Shown in pieces: positions 50,509 to 59,919 of a stretch of 64,000 bases of DNA; within the stretch, counting starts at the first letter, position 1; each line of letters starts with the position of its first letter. The notes below the pieces were generated by a model. That model made no database searches, was not told the DNA's origin, and was given only the letters and a program-made list of their open reading frames with translations. Made by a program: the position numbers and the translations under genes. This stretch comes from an uncultured virus (IMG/VR IMGVR_UViG_3300021256_000067) (taxonomy: Duplodnaviria > Heunggongvirae > Uroviricota > Caudoviricetes), in IMG/VR virus record IMGVR_UViG_3300021256_000067; one strand, 5' to 3'.

Positions 50509-51320
50509 ATACTGAATTATATAATAATTTAATGAAAGATGTTTCAAAAGTAATCAGGAAGCATCTTGATGAAGCATTAATTAGCTGGAATATGGATGGC
50601 AATGATAATTCTTCAGAAAATATAGTCAATATTACTGGGGAAGATTTGCGACATTATTTCGAATTTCAATGGTTAGAATGGGAAAATGATGAAACTGAAG
50701 GATTATGTACCCAGGTAGATGATGATATTTATATTAATATGCCTGATAAAGATGATGCTATGCTGTTGGCAGATACTGTAATAAGACGCCTTAAAAAATT
50801 ACAAGAAAATGAAAAATATCTAAATAAAGCCTTAGACTTATTAAGATTTAAATTACCTCAAACAGGGTGGACCGGTGAATATCCAACTAATGATTATCCA
50901 TTTATCCATATAAAAAATCTAAAAAATGCTTCTAAAGATATATTTAAAATTAATTCAGAACAATGGTATCAATTTGCCGCAATGGCAGCATATAAAGATA
51001 TTCTAATTAGGATTTATGATCAAAATGGTAAGGAAATGTGGAAAGGTAATCTTATTGATACAGTTATAGGAGATGATAGTTATCCAACAGGTTATTTTTT
51101 AGGAAGATATATACAATCAATTAAAGAATCACGTTATGCGCAGGAAGCTTATCCATGTATATTAGTAAATGAATATGCACCCGAGTCTAAAGTGCCTCAG
51201 GCTTTTGAAGGAGATGATTTTGAATACCCAGATTCTAGCTCTTTTGCTACTTTTGATGATGCATCTGAAGATACTAAAAAGATTTTATTAGAAATTATAG
51301 ATAAATTAGAAATAGATTAA
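50505..51320 (+). CDS. Leader-family protein (long leader; paralogue group A)
   Basis: LYNNLMKDVSKVIRKHLDEALISW...IVNITGEDL; LGRYIQSIKE. Confidence 0.75.
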   Translation: MNTELYNNLMKDVSKVIRKHLDEALISWNMDGNDNSSENIVNITGEDLRHYFEFQWLEWENDETEGLCTQVDDDIYINMPDKDDAMLLADTVIRRLKKLQENEKYLNKALDLLRFKLPQTGWTGEYPTNDYPFIHIKNLKNASKDIFKINSEQWYQFAAMAAYKDILIRIYDQNGKEMWKGNLIDTVIGDDSYPTGYFLGRYIQSIKESRYAQEAYPCILVNEYAPESKVPQAFEGDDFEYPDSSSFATFDDASEDTKKILLEIIDKLEID

Positions 51321-52409
51321 ATGGAGCATTTATATAAATTATTAAGTCGTAAAAAGGGTCTTGATATTAAAGATGTTATCAAGAATTGGAAATGCACTGT
51401 CTCTTTAAAGATAGACGGTAATGCTTTTCAGATAAGTTATGATGATATAGACGGCGAAGTAAAATATTATAAACGTTCCGGATCTCCTGAAAAAGTTTCT
51501 CCGTCAAAAGAAATAACAATGTATGACTGCTGTTTCAATGATTTTTATGGTGACGCGATTTTATTTTTCAGGGATAAAGAAGACATATTAAAAAATTATG
51601 ATATTATAAATTGTGAGATTATAGATAAAAGTCATGTCATAGAATATGAAGAAGACGAAGACAGAAAGATATATCTTTTATCTGCCATTCAAGACGGTGA
51701 CTTTTTAGATGAACAGCAATGTAAAAATTTAGCAGAAGAATTAGGAATCAGTTCGGTATCAGTTATAATTGACGATGAAGTACTTCCCGAAAATATAAGT
51801 AACGCGATTCTTAAATATAAAAAAGACGCCGAAAAATTCGAAGGATCTGTACAAGAGCTTTCTTCTAATAATACAATGTATCAGGATGTCACTAAATTAT
51901 TAGATACAGATACTGATTGGGATAACCAGGAAGGTCTGGTTTTTGTATGGAATAATAATGATGAAAGTGTATCGGCTAAACTTAATAATCCTATGTTTAT
52001 AGATAAATGGTTTGATTTACAAGAAGAGGAAGAAGAGAATATAGATATGGATTTTCATGAGGTCTCGATTATTTTAGCCGATACAATGGAAAACCATTTA
52101 GATGAACTAGATTCAATGAGAAGTGATGATTATCTTGAAAATGTATTAATGTTATTTTCATTATTCACACAGAAAGAAATTGCAGATATATATGACAGTT
52201 ATACAGGTGAACCTAAAGTAAATCCCGCCGAATCAAAATTTGTGACTATGGTTTATCCAGAGTTAGAAGAAAAGTTACAAAATAATGTATATCAATCAGT
52301 TTTAAATGTTTTGTTTATAATTATGTATAAGCCCAAAAAACGTAAAACTGATTTGATGGATTGGGATACACAAGAAAGAATCAATGAAATTATAGATTTT
52401 TTGCATTAA
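51321..52409 (+). CDS. RNA ligase-like nucleotidyltransferase
   Basis: Motif I KIDGN, CEII, EGLVF, AKLN in the expected order. Confidence 0.55.
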   Translation: MEHLYKLLSRKKGLDIKDVIKNWKCTVSLKIDGNAFQISYDDIDGEVKYYKRSGSPEKVSPSKEITMYDCCFNDFYGDAILFFRDKEDILKNYDIINCEIIDKSHVIEYEEDEDRKIYLLSAIQDGDFLDEQQCKNLAEELGISSVSVIIDDEVLPENISNAILKYKKDAEKFEGSVQELSSNNTMYQDVTKLLDTDTDWDNQEGLVFVWNNNDESVSAKLNNPMFIDKWFDLQEEEEENIDMDFHEVSIILADTMENHLDELDSMRSDDYLENVLMLFSLFTQKEIADIYDSYTGEPKVNPAESKFVTMVYPELEEKLQNNVYQSVLNVLFIIMYKPKKRKTDLMDWDTQERINEIIDFLH

Positions 52410-52436
52410 TTATTTTTTTAATTAAATATAATGTAT

Positions 52437-52444
52437 TATCTTTG
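52437..52444 (+). promoter_or_regulatory. Bacteroidota -7 promoter element
   Basis: TATCTTTG upstream of the sigma factor gene. Confidence 0.55.
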
Positions 52445-52486
52445 TAATCGATATTTAAAAGGTTACAATAAAAATATAATATACCT

Positions 52487-53269
52487 ATGAGTAAAGAGAT
52501 TTTGGAAACAAATGTATTTGCTTTCGATATAGATCAAGAAAGCAATAAAGTAAAGAAAGAGAGCAAGAAGGATAGACTTAAAAACGCAATGAATAAATGG
52601 GTGGAAGATCATGATGAGAACGCCTATAAAATAGTTTTTGAATATTATTATCCTAAATTGCTTAATTGGGTAAAGTATTCTTTTTTCCAGCAGGATCCAG
52701 ATATAGCGGAAGATTGTGTAATAGAGACATTCGCGACAGTTTATGAAAAAACACATAAGTATTATAAGCCTCAGGGTTACCAGTTTCAGACATGGATATA
52801 TACAGTATGTAAAAATATCTGTCTTGACAAATTAAAGAAAAAGAATAAACTTGGTGAATTGGATATGGATATCAATGACATATCTGAAAGTATGTGGGTA
52901 AAAAATAATAAACTTGCCGAACTAACGGATACCATAAATGATAATTACGGTGAGTTTGATTTTACCAAAGTTATTTCGGCACAGGAGCCGATGAGCCGTG
53001 ATATGATCTGGCAAAAGGTTTATGATGTCTCTTTGGGCATGATAGATTCATTAGATGATATTTCCCGTGACATGATTAAAGAGAAATTCCTTGATAAGAT
53101 GAAAATCAAAGACATGGCTGAGAAATACGGTCGTAATGAATCTTATATAAAGAATCATATATATAATAGCCTGAAGAAGATTAAGACACGTTTCCTGGAA
53201 ACTTATCCGGAACTGTTCGAGACATACCGCGAATCATTAAGTGAATATACAACATATTTTGAGAAATAA
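52487..53269 (+). CDS. Phage sigma-70-family (ECF-like) RNA polymerase sigma factor
   Basis: Region 2 AEDCVIETF...FQTWIYTVCKNICLD; region 4 HTH KIKDMAEKYGRNESYIKN. Confidence 0.85.
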   Translation: MSKEILETNVFAFDIDQESNKVKKESKKDRLKNAMNKWVEDHDENAYKIVFEYYYPKLLNWVKYSFFQQDPDIAEDCVIETFATVYEKTHKYYKPQGYQFQTWIYTVCKNICLDKLKKKNKLGELDMDINDISESMWVKNNKLAELTDTINDNYGEFDFTKVISAQEPMSRDMIWQKVYDVSLGMIDSLDDISRDMIKEKFLDKMKIKDMAEKYGRNESYIKNHIYNSLKKIKTRFLETYPELFETYRESLSEYTTYFEK

Positions 53270-53790
53270 TGAAACTGAAAGAGAAAATACAAATCTGGAA
53301 ACGATATCTTGAAGAAGCTCCTAAAAATATCAAGAAGTATAAGGAATGGAAAGAAACCGTTATAGAAGAAGAGAATAATTATTATTCTAAATATAATAAT
53401 TTAAATCTTCATTCTAATGACACTAAATCTGTAATCTGGCAGAATATAGAGCTTTCTCCAGAAGAGGAACAGTATTTTGACTGGTTCGCGAAAAATAACA
53501 GGATAACCGAATTGGTTCAGCCAGTCGTGAAATATCTTCAAGAGGATTTAAAATGGGGTGAATATCTCACATATGATATAGCACATTTAGAAAATGAAGA
53601 TGATCCTAGAGAAATAATCAGGTTATATACCGCGATATTCAAATTTACTCCTGTTCCATTAATTGAAGAGGATATGGATTATTTTGCATATGTAAAAAAA
53701 TTCAAAAAAATAAAATTATTCAGAAACATTTCAGTAACCGGTATATTAATATTATTAGCGGGTATTGCTGGATGGTTGGCATTACTATGA
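53269..53790 (+). CDS. Hypothetical protein with C-terminal membrane anchor
   Basis: Hydrophobic C-terminus; TAATG overlap. Confidence 0.65.
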   Translation: MKLKEKIQIWKRYLEEAPKNIKKYKEWKETVIEEENNYYSKYNNLNLHSNDTKSVIWQNIELSPEEEQYFDWFAKNNRITELVQPVVKYLQEDLKWGEYLTYDIAHLENEDDPREIIRLYTAIFKFTPVPLIEEDMDYFAYVKKFKKIKLFRNISVTGILILLAGIAGWLALL

Positions 53791-53987
53791 AAATATACAG
53801 GAATATTTTTTTCCATAATAAAATACCTTCATTAAGAGGAACAGATGTGGTTTATTATACAGGAAAACTTGTGGTGAACGCGAGTAAATCTAAATCATTT
53901 TTAACAGAATATGATCCTAAATTAGATTTATATATTCCTTGCGGAAGTTGTGCTGCGAAAAAATATTCCCAATTTATAAAGAAATAA
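53787..53987 (+). CDS. Small hypothetical protein
   Basis: ATGA-overlap start MKIYRN...CGSC. Confidence 0.45.
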   Translation: MKIYRNIFFHNKIPSLRGTDVVYYTGKLVVNASKSKSFLTEYDPKLDLYIPCGSCAAKKYSQFIKK

Positions 53988-54007
53988 TATTTTAATTTTA
54001 AATAGAC

Positions 54008-54736
54008 ATGGCAAAAAAGACAAAAAAAGATTTAAATCAAATTACAGAAAAAGACATCGAGAAGATGAATGACGCGGATCTTATTAAAACACTTAAAGAA
54101 GGTCGTAAAGATATTATCGAGAGTTTTAATGAGGCTTTTAAAGATATCGCCGTAATGAAAGAAGAGGAATCTACTCCAGAGTTTAAAGAACAGGCTAAGG
54201 CAGATTATGATGCGGCTGTAAAAGAATTTCAAGACGCCGTATATGAGATTTATACAGGTGATCGTGTAATTGAAGTGGCTCAATTCTTACAGGAGTGGAA
54301 TAAGAAATATAATCATTGGCAACGTCAAGCTTGGAAAGGCGTTATAGCTTTTGATGATATTATTACAAAGAAAATTGAAGAGCTTCAAGCAAATCCAGAA
54401 AATCAGACATTAATTCTTGAATATGCTCCAATGATGTTCATTTATGGAAGTATGATGGGACCACAGGGTACCGGCCTTGAAGAAGCACGTCTTATGGAAG
54501 TATTTGAGACTGATCCAAATGGAGGAGAGGATGAGACTGCTCATATTACATACAGCAATATTCTTGAATGGATTGGGCGTAAGGTAGACGGTTTACAGGC
54601 TGTACAAAATAAGATTCAATCATTACAGGAACGTTGGACAATGGCTGAAACTGGATTCATGTTCGACTTTACAGATGATTCTCCAGAAATTTATGTTAAG
54701 TTTATTGAGAAAGCTAATAACAGAGGCGACCAATAA
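54008..54736 (+). CDS. Hypothetical helical protein
   Basis: Intact ORF followed by a terminator. Confidence 0.7.
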   Translation: MAKKTKKDLNQITEKDIEKMNDADLIKTLKEGRKDIIESFNEAFKDIAVMKEEESTPEFKEQAKADYDAAVKEFQDAVYEIYTGDRVIEVAQFLQEWNKKYNHWQRQAWKGVIAFDDIITKKIEELQANPENQTLILEYAPMMFIYGSMMGPQGTGLEEARLMEVFETDPNGGEDETAHITYSNILEWIGRKVDGLQAVQNKIQSLQERWTMAETGFMFDFTDDSPEIYVKFIEKANNRGDQ

Positions 54737-54794
54737 TGTGAGCATATTTTCTGGAAGTTAGTTTTTCTTCCATAATTAAATGTTTTTATTTTTT

Positions 54795-54828
54795 GAATGG
54801 TTTACTTTCATGTAAACCATTCTTTTTT
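54795..54828 (+). terminator. Intrinsic terminator followed by late box (54834-54841)
   Basis: gaatggtttac/gtaaaccattc stem plus T tract. Confidence 0.8.
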
Positions 54829-54869
54829 ATTAAAATAAATAATACAAATGAAAATAATATCGGAACAAT

Positions 54870-56669
54870 ATGAAAGTTCTAATTAAAGATAAATCAGAAA
54901 TTAAATTGAAACGCCTGAATGAAAGTGAAGGTTCACAATATCCTAAATATAAATTCTCAGGTGTTTTTACTCCATGTTCATATCCTGGACATACATTGAA
55001 AAATCGTAATAACAGAATTTATCAGGAAGAAGAAGTATTAAAACATCTTGGTTATCTTCGTGATAAAATTAAAACAGACGGTTGTATTCTCGGTGAGTTA
55101 GATCATCCTGAAGGAAGGTTTGAAGTATATTTAAAAGAGGCTTCTCATAAGATTATCGATTTATGGTGGGATCAGAAAACCCACTGTGTTATGGGAACAT
55201 TGGAATTGCTTCCTACTCCAAACGGTAAAATAGCCATGGAGCTTATTGAAAGTGGTTATCCTTTATATGTAAGTTCAAGATCCGCCGGCGATGTAGATAA
55301 GAATACAGATGAGGTTATCATTTATCAGATTTTTACTTATGACCTTGTTTGCACTCCTGGTTTCGCAGAGGCTAAACTTGAAAGGATAAATGAATCTTTC
55401 AGACCTGCTACAGTTACTTATTTAAATGAATCCGTAAGCTCGGCTAAAAAGAACAAAAATAAAAATCTTTCATCTAATTTCAATCTTAGTGCTAATACTG
55501 AAGTATATAAATTGGATGAAACAGTAGAATTAAATAACAAGATTGACAATATGAAAGAAAATAAAATTAATATTAAAGACATTTCTAAACCTATCCTTGA
55601 AAGCGAGGATGAAAAGAAAGAAAAGCCTGTAATTAAAGCCAATAAGAAATCTAAAAAAGAAGTAGAAGAATGTGATGATTGCAAACCAGGCGAGGCAAAA
55701 ACTCCTAAGCAGCTCGATGATGATAATTCTAAAACTGTAGGTTTGGAATTCAGAGATACTACACCTGCCGGAAATATGGCAAAAGATGAATCTGATAATG
55801 GTGTTTATGCACATCATTTGAATGACGGTGACGGATCTGATGGTGATAAGAAACATGATTTAGTTTTGGATATTACCACTAAGACTACAGAAGAAAAGAA
55901 AGCTGAAGGAGAAGAATCTAAAGAAGATAAGGATTCTGATAATGAGGATAAGAAAGCTGAGGTTCTTGAAATAATTCCTAATAAAGATTCTGATAAGAAA
56001 GAAGATAAAGAAGATAAAGAAGAAAAATCTGAGGAAGATAATAAAGAATCCAAGGAAGATGAAAAGAAAGCTGAAGAAGCCGCAAAGAAATTCAAGAATA
56101 AAGCTGATCAGGTAGAAAAGAAGATAGATGACAAGATAGACAAATATAAAGATCTTCTTAATTCAGTAGACGCTAAACAGAAAGTAAAAGAATCGATTTA
56201 TGCTCAATGGCCATTCAGCGTTTCATTAAGTGAATCTAACTTCGGTAAATTCTGCCGTTTAAACGCAGAGGACAGAACTAAATGCGCAAACTTTATTTTC
56301 GAACATCAGATATATGATATTATTCAAATCAATGAAATGTTCATGACTCCATTAGAAGAAGAAAAGATGTTCCAGAAAAACTGGTTGAGACTTGCTGATA
56401 AAGAGTATATCGATTTATATACAAAAGCTCCCAAGAATATACAGGACGCAATTGAAGAAAGCGCTAAATTCCTGATTCTTGAGACTAAGGCAGATGTTGA
56501 TGAATTCTGGAGAAGAACAGGATTAATGGAACAGTCTATGCAGTCTGAGGCAAATGCCAAATTTATTGAGCAATATAAATCAGCGGTAAGTCCTAAAACT
56601 GAAAAAGATGATATCAATGGTTCCGGTTATACAAAAGAATTTATCAACCTTATGGAAAAAATGATGTGA
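54870..56669 (+). CDS. Prohead protease (T4 gp21-like) with long charged C-terminal extension
   Basis: NRNNRIY, LGELDHPE, TPNGKIA, VSSRSAG, YDLVCTPGF. Confidence 0.9.
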   Translation: MKVLIKDKSEIKLKRLNESEGSQYPKYKFSGVFTPCSYPGHTLKNRNNRIYQEEEVLKHLGYLRDKIKTDGCILGELDHPEGRFEVYLKEASHKIIDLWWDQKTHCVMGTLELLPTPNGKIAMELIESGYPLYVSSRSAGDVDKNTDEVIIYQIFTYDLVCTPGFAEAKLERINESFRPATVTYLNESVSSAKKNKNKNLSSNFNLSANTEVYKLDETVELNNKIDNMKENKINIKDISKPILESEDEKKEKPVIKANKKSKKEVEECDDCKPGEAKTPKQLDDDNSKTVGLEFRDTTPAGNMAKDESDNGVYAHHLNDGDGSDGDKKHDLVLDITTKTTEEKKAEGEESKEDKDSDNEDKKAEVLEIIPNKDSDKKEDKEDKEEKSEEDNKESKEDEKKAEEAAKKFKNKADQVEKKIDDKIDKYKDLLNSVDAKQKVKESIYAQWPFSVSLSESNFGKFCRLNAEDRTKCANFIFEHQIYDIIQINEMFMTPLEEEKMFQKNWLRLADKEYIDLYTKAPKNIQDAIEESAKFLILETKADVDEFWRRTGLMEQSMQSEANAKFIEQYKSAVSPKTEKDDINGSGYTKEFINLMEKMM

Positions 56670-56691
56670 TAAAGCAAAATACTTTAATATG

Positions 56692-56721
56692 AAAGAGACA
56701 TTTTAATGAATGTCTCTTTTT
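56692..56721 (+). terminator. Intrinsic terminator followed by TATAAATA (56723-56730)
   Basis: aaagagacatt/aatgtctcttt stem plus T tract. Confidence 0.8.
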
Positions 56722-56734
56722 ATATAAATATAAT

Positions 56735-57604
56735 ATGAATAACAATATATTAAATAGGATATTGATTGAATGGAATGATTCTGATATAGAGGATTCAGGT
56801 CTTATTAAAGCATCTGATATAAAAAATGGAATGAAATATCAGCTTGTTTATACATTAGATAAACCAGGACAAATAAAAATATTTGATAAACATTGGTTCA
56901 ATTATTATAAATTTAGGGATAAAGTTTATATAAATGATAAGTATATTGAATTAAATGATGACTGTTTTACAGTAAATGAGTATAAACCAGGGGAATATTA
57001 TGTGTATATAGACAGATTTGATGAATTAAATGAGTTTAATTGGCGTGCTTTCTATTGTTGCTTTAACTTAACCTCAATTACTATCCCCAACTCAGTGACA
57101 TCGATTGGCGATCAAGCTTTCAAAAGTTGCACGGGTTTGAAGAGCATCACCATTCCCGACTCAGTGACCGAGATTGGCGACAGCGCCTTTGAGGGTTGTA
57201 GCAGCTTAACCTCGGTAACTATTCCTAATTCTGTGAAAAAGATTAATGGTTGGGTCTTCTCAGATTGCATCAATTTAACTTCGGTGACAATACCCAACTC
57301 GGTGACTTCGATTGGCGCTGGTGCCTTCTATGGTTGCACCGGCTTAACCTCAGTGACCATCCCTGACTCGGTGACAATAATTGACAATGAAGCCTTCTGT
57401 GATTGCACAGGTTTGACCTCAATCACTATCCCAAACTCAATGTTGTGGATAGGTAAATATGCCTTCGAGAATTGTAAAGAGCTAAAAACAGTCTATATAA
57501 AAGATATAGAAAAATTTAAGGAAATAGAATTTGGTAATGAATATTCTGATCCTACATATTACGGTGCAAAATTGATTGAGTTAAAAAATGAAGTATTTAA
57601 ATGA
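56735..57604 (+). CDS. Leader-family protein with BspA-type leucine-rich repeats
   Basis: ILNRILIEWNDSDIEDSG leader; six 23-aa LTSITIPNSVTSIG..AF..C repeats. Confidence 0.9.
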   Translation: MNNNILNRILIEWNDSDIEDSGLIKASDIKNGMKYQLVYTLDKPGQIKIFDKHWFNYYKFRDKVYINDKYIELNDDCFTVNEYKPGEYYVYIDRFDELNEFNWRAFYCCFNLTSITIPNSVTSIGDQAFKSCTGLKSITIPDSVTEIGDSAFEGCSSLTSVTIPNSVKKINGWVFSDCINLTSVTIPNSVTSIGAGAFYGCTGLTSVTIPDSVTIIDNEAFCDCTGLTSITIPNSMLWIGKYAFENCKELKTVYIKDIEKFKEIEFGNEYSDPTYYGAKLIELKNEVFK

Positions 57605-58184
57605 GATATTAATCGAATGGGGTAATTCTAATAATAATTTAAATATGGCAGGACCTATACAGGATCTTGAAATTTCAGAATATCCACCTTGCTTGACTTT
57701 TGCCACATTTGAGAAAAACCGGCAAAAAATATGGAATATATTGATGAATGACTGGAATCCTCTTGTAAATAAGTGTGGCCTTCGAAATTACCTTTCAAAC
57801 AATTTTGATGAGGATATAAATTTGAAATTAATTTTTTCAGGATGGGATTTTAGTCAGGTGGATGGTCTCGAAGAAGACGTTTATTATATATTCCAGGAAG
57901 GTGGAGGAGATGCTTTTGCAGATTTGAATACAGACGATAAAATAAAAGAAATTATTGAAAAGAAAATTAATAACTACTTAGAATTATTTAAAAAAGATAA
58001 AAAATGGAAATTCTGTTCTAATGTAGAAAAAAATAAAGACTGGATATACTGTTTTTATTATAGAACTCCTATCGAAAATGATGAATATCTTTATTTAATG
58101 ATTAATACTAAACGTAAAAAAATGTTCAATACATGGGATACATATTGTACAGCCACTTTATTTGTTAAAGATTGTGAAATATAA
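57588..58184 (+). CDS. Leader-family protein
   Basis: MKYLNEILIEWGN; overlaps the upstream gene. Confidence 0.75.
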   Translation: MKYLNEILIEWGNSNNNLNMAGPIQDLEISEYPPCLTFATFEKNRQKIWNILMNDWNPLVNKCGLRNYLSNNFDEDINLKLIFSGWDFSQVDGLEEDVYYIFQEGGGDAFADLNTDDKIKEIIEKKINNYLELFKKDKKWKFCSNVEKNKDWIYCFYYRTPIENDEYLYLMINTKRKKMFNTWDTYCTATLFVKDCEI

Positions 58185-58195
58185 AATATAATAAA

Positions 58196-58924
58196 ATGAA
58201 AAAATTAAATGAAATATTAATAAACTGGAATAATCTTTCAGATAAGGATTCTCGGGAAAATAATATTATACAGACATCAGATGTCAAAGAATCTTTTATA
58301 AAATATGATATGTTCAATTTAGATGATGATACTGACTGTGAAAATTTAAAGCGGGCAATCAAAGGGTTAAGAACATTATGTTATTATTATAATGAAGAAA
58401 CAGATGAATGGGAAGAATCTGGTGATTATATATATCCTTTTGATGATCAAATAAGAGGATGGAGTTATTGGGGAGAAGGTACAGAAGAATCATTAGGTCC
58501 ATTATTATTAAATTCTCCATCAGAAAGTGAATTAAATGCATGGAAAGCAAAAGATTATCCGCAAAAACTTATACCTGATGGATATTGGGAATTTTTGAAG
58601 GAAAAATATGAAGATCTTAAAAAGACATGTTCTAATAATGAATTATCTGAATGTAGTTCTTATTGTGACTTATTGTCATCCGTTACATTTAGTTTTGAAA
58701 ATGATCCTATTTTAGAAACATCTGATGCAGTAGACGCAGGGGATCTTTATGGATTTTTCTGTAATAATGACTATACAGAAATTAATAAATCAGAAGACGC
58801 CTGGTCATATAATTACCTTTTTCAGATAAAGAAACATCCATGCTATTTAGTGGCAATGTCAACATTTAAAAAAAGAGGCAATGTATTTGTTTATTTTTTG
58901 TCATACGGTATACCTATAAGATAA
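58196..58924 (+). CDS. Leader-family acidic protein
   Basis: MKKLNEILINWNN...NIIQTSDVK. Confidence 0.75.
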   Translation: MKKLNEILINWNNLSDKDSRENNIIQTSDVKESFIKYDMFNLDDDTDCENLKRAIKGLRTLCYYYNEETDEWEESGDYIYPFDDQIRGWSYWGEGTEESLGPLLLNSPSESELNAWKAKDYPQKLIPDGYWEFLKEKYEDLKKTCSNNELSECSSYCDLLSSVTFSFENDPILETSDAVDAGDLYGFFCNNDYTEINKSEDAWSYNYLFQIKKHPCYLVAMSTFKKRGNVFVYFLSYGIPIR

Positions 58925-58944
58925 TATTTAAATATAAATAATTT

Positions 58945-59592
58945 ATGAAAGCAAAGGATGAGAGTAAAGAATTACAGGATCTTATAAATATGTCTGGTCT
59001 GTCATTTGATCAGGCAAAGACCATTATAGATAAAAATCCGGAAGAGCTTAATCCCGAACCCATATTTGAGATTGATTACAAAAAAGAGAAAAAGAAATAT
59101 AAAAAGAAAGCCAGACGGGATGTAATCAACCTCGTAAAATCCATTGTGCCCAATGATGTTATAGAATCCCCTATTATACAGAATAAAATCGAGCAGGATA
59201 CAGGACAGCTCGCGAACCTTTACTGGCAGCAGAAAATGATCGAGGCTGTATTAGAAGCTAATATGGATTCAATAGGAAAAGGAAATCTCGCGCCGAGGAT
59301 GTTCGAGGTGTTTACGCAAATTTCAAAAAACCATTCTGATATAGCCAAACAGATAACTGATTTCCAGGTGATGATGCGTAAAAATTATAATGAAATGAAA
59401 TGGGATATCAGAGCAAAAATAGATGATGATCAGAATCTTCCTGCTCTTAACGCGAAAAAAGAAGAGGTTAAAATAATCGATGAGCAAAAAAATGAGAATA
59501 TGTTTCTCGGATCTAAATCTTTAATATCTGATATAGTAAACATAAAGAAAAAAGAGGCATTAAAAAATAAAAAAGAAACAGAAAATGAGTAA
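58945..59592 (+). CDS. Probable terminase small subunit (T4 gp16-like)
   Basis: Helical hairpin with APRMFEVF, resembling the gp16-family PR.(F/Y)EV motif; TATAAATA 58933-58940. Confidence 0.5.
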   Translation: MKAKDESKELQDLINMSGLSFDQAKTIIDKNPEELNPEPIFEIDYKKEKKKYKKKARRDVINLVKSIVPNDVIESPIIQNKIEQDTGQLANLYWQQKMIEAVLEANMDSIGKGNLAPRMFEVFTQISKNHSDIAKQITDFQVMMRKNYNEMKWDIRAKIDDDQNLPALNAKKEEVKIIDEQKNENMFLGSKSLISDIVNIKKKEALKNKKETENE

Positions 59593-59893
59593 AGAAGATA
59601 TGAATATGAATGATATGATTGATATGGCTAATGCTATGTCATCGCGTCCTAAAGTAAATCCATTTGAATACGATACAATTAAATGTGATGAATGCGGATC
59701 TGAGAATTTTACGCCTGTGATGCAATTTCGTAAAATTCCAGGTTTATTGGTAGGAGAAAAAGAAGATATTCTTTATCCACATAAGGTATTCATCTGCAGA
59801 AACTGCGGGGCATTATCTCCGATGTCAAAAGAAGAAATTGATGAAATAAACAAATTAAGTAAAAAAGAAAAGAAATCAGATTTAATTATTTGA
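59585..59893 (+). CDS. Zn-ribbon protein
   Basis: CDECG...CRNCG. Confidence 0.7.
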   Translation: MSKEDMNMNDMIDMANAMSSRPKVNPFEYDTIKCDECGSENFTPVMQFRKIPGLLVGEKEDILYPHKVFICRNCGALSPMSKEEIDEINKLSKKEKKSDLII

Positions 59894-59919
59894 TTTATAT
59901 ATGCACCCACTGATTTTTT

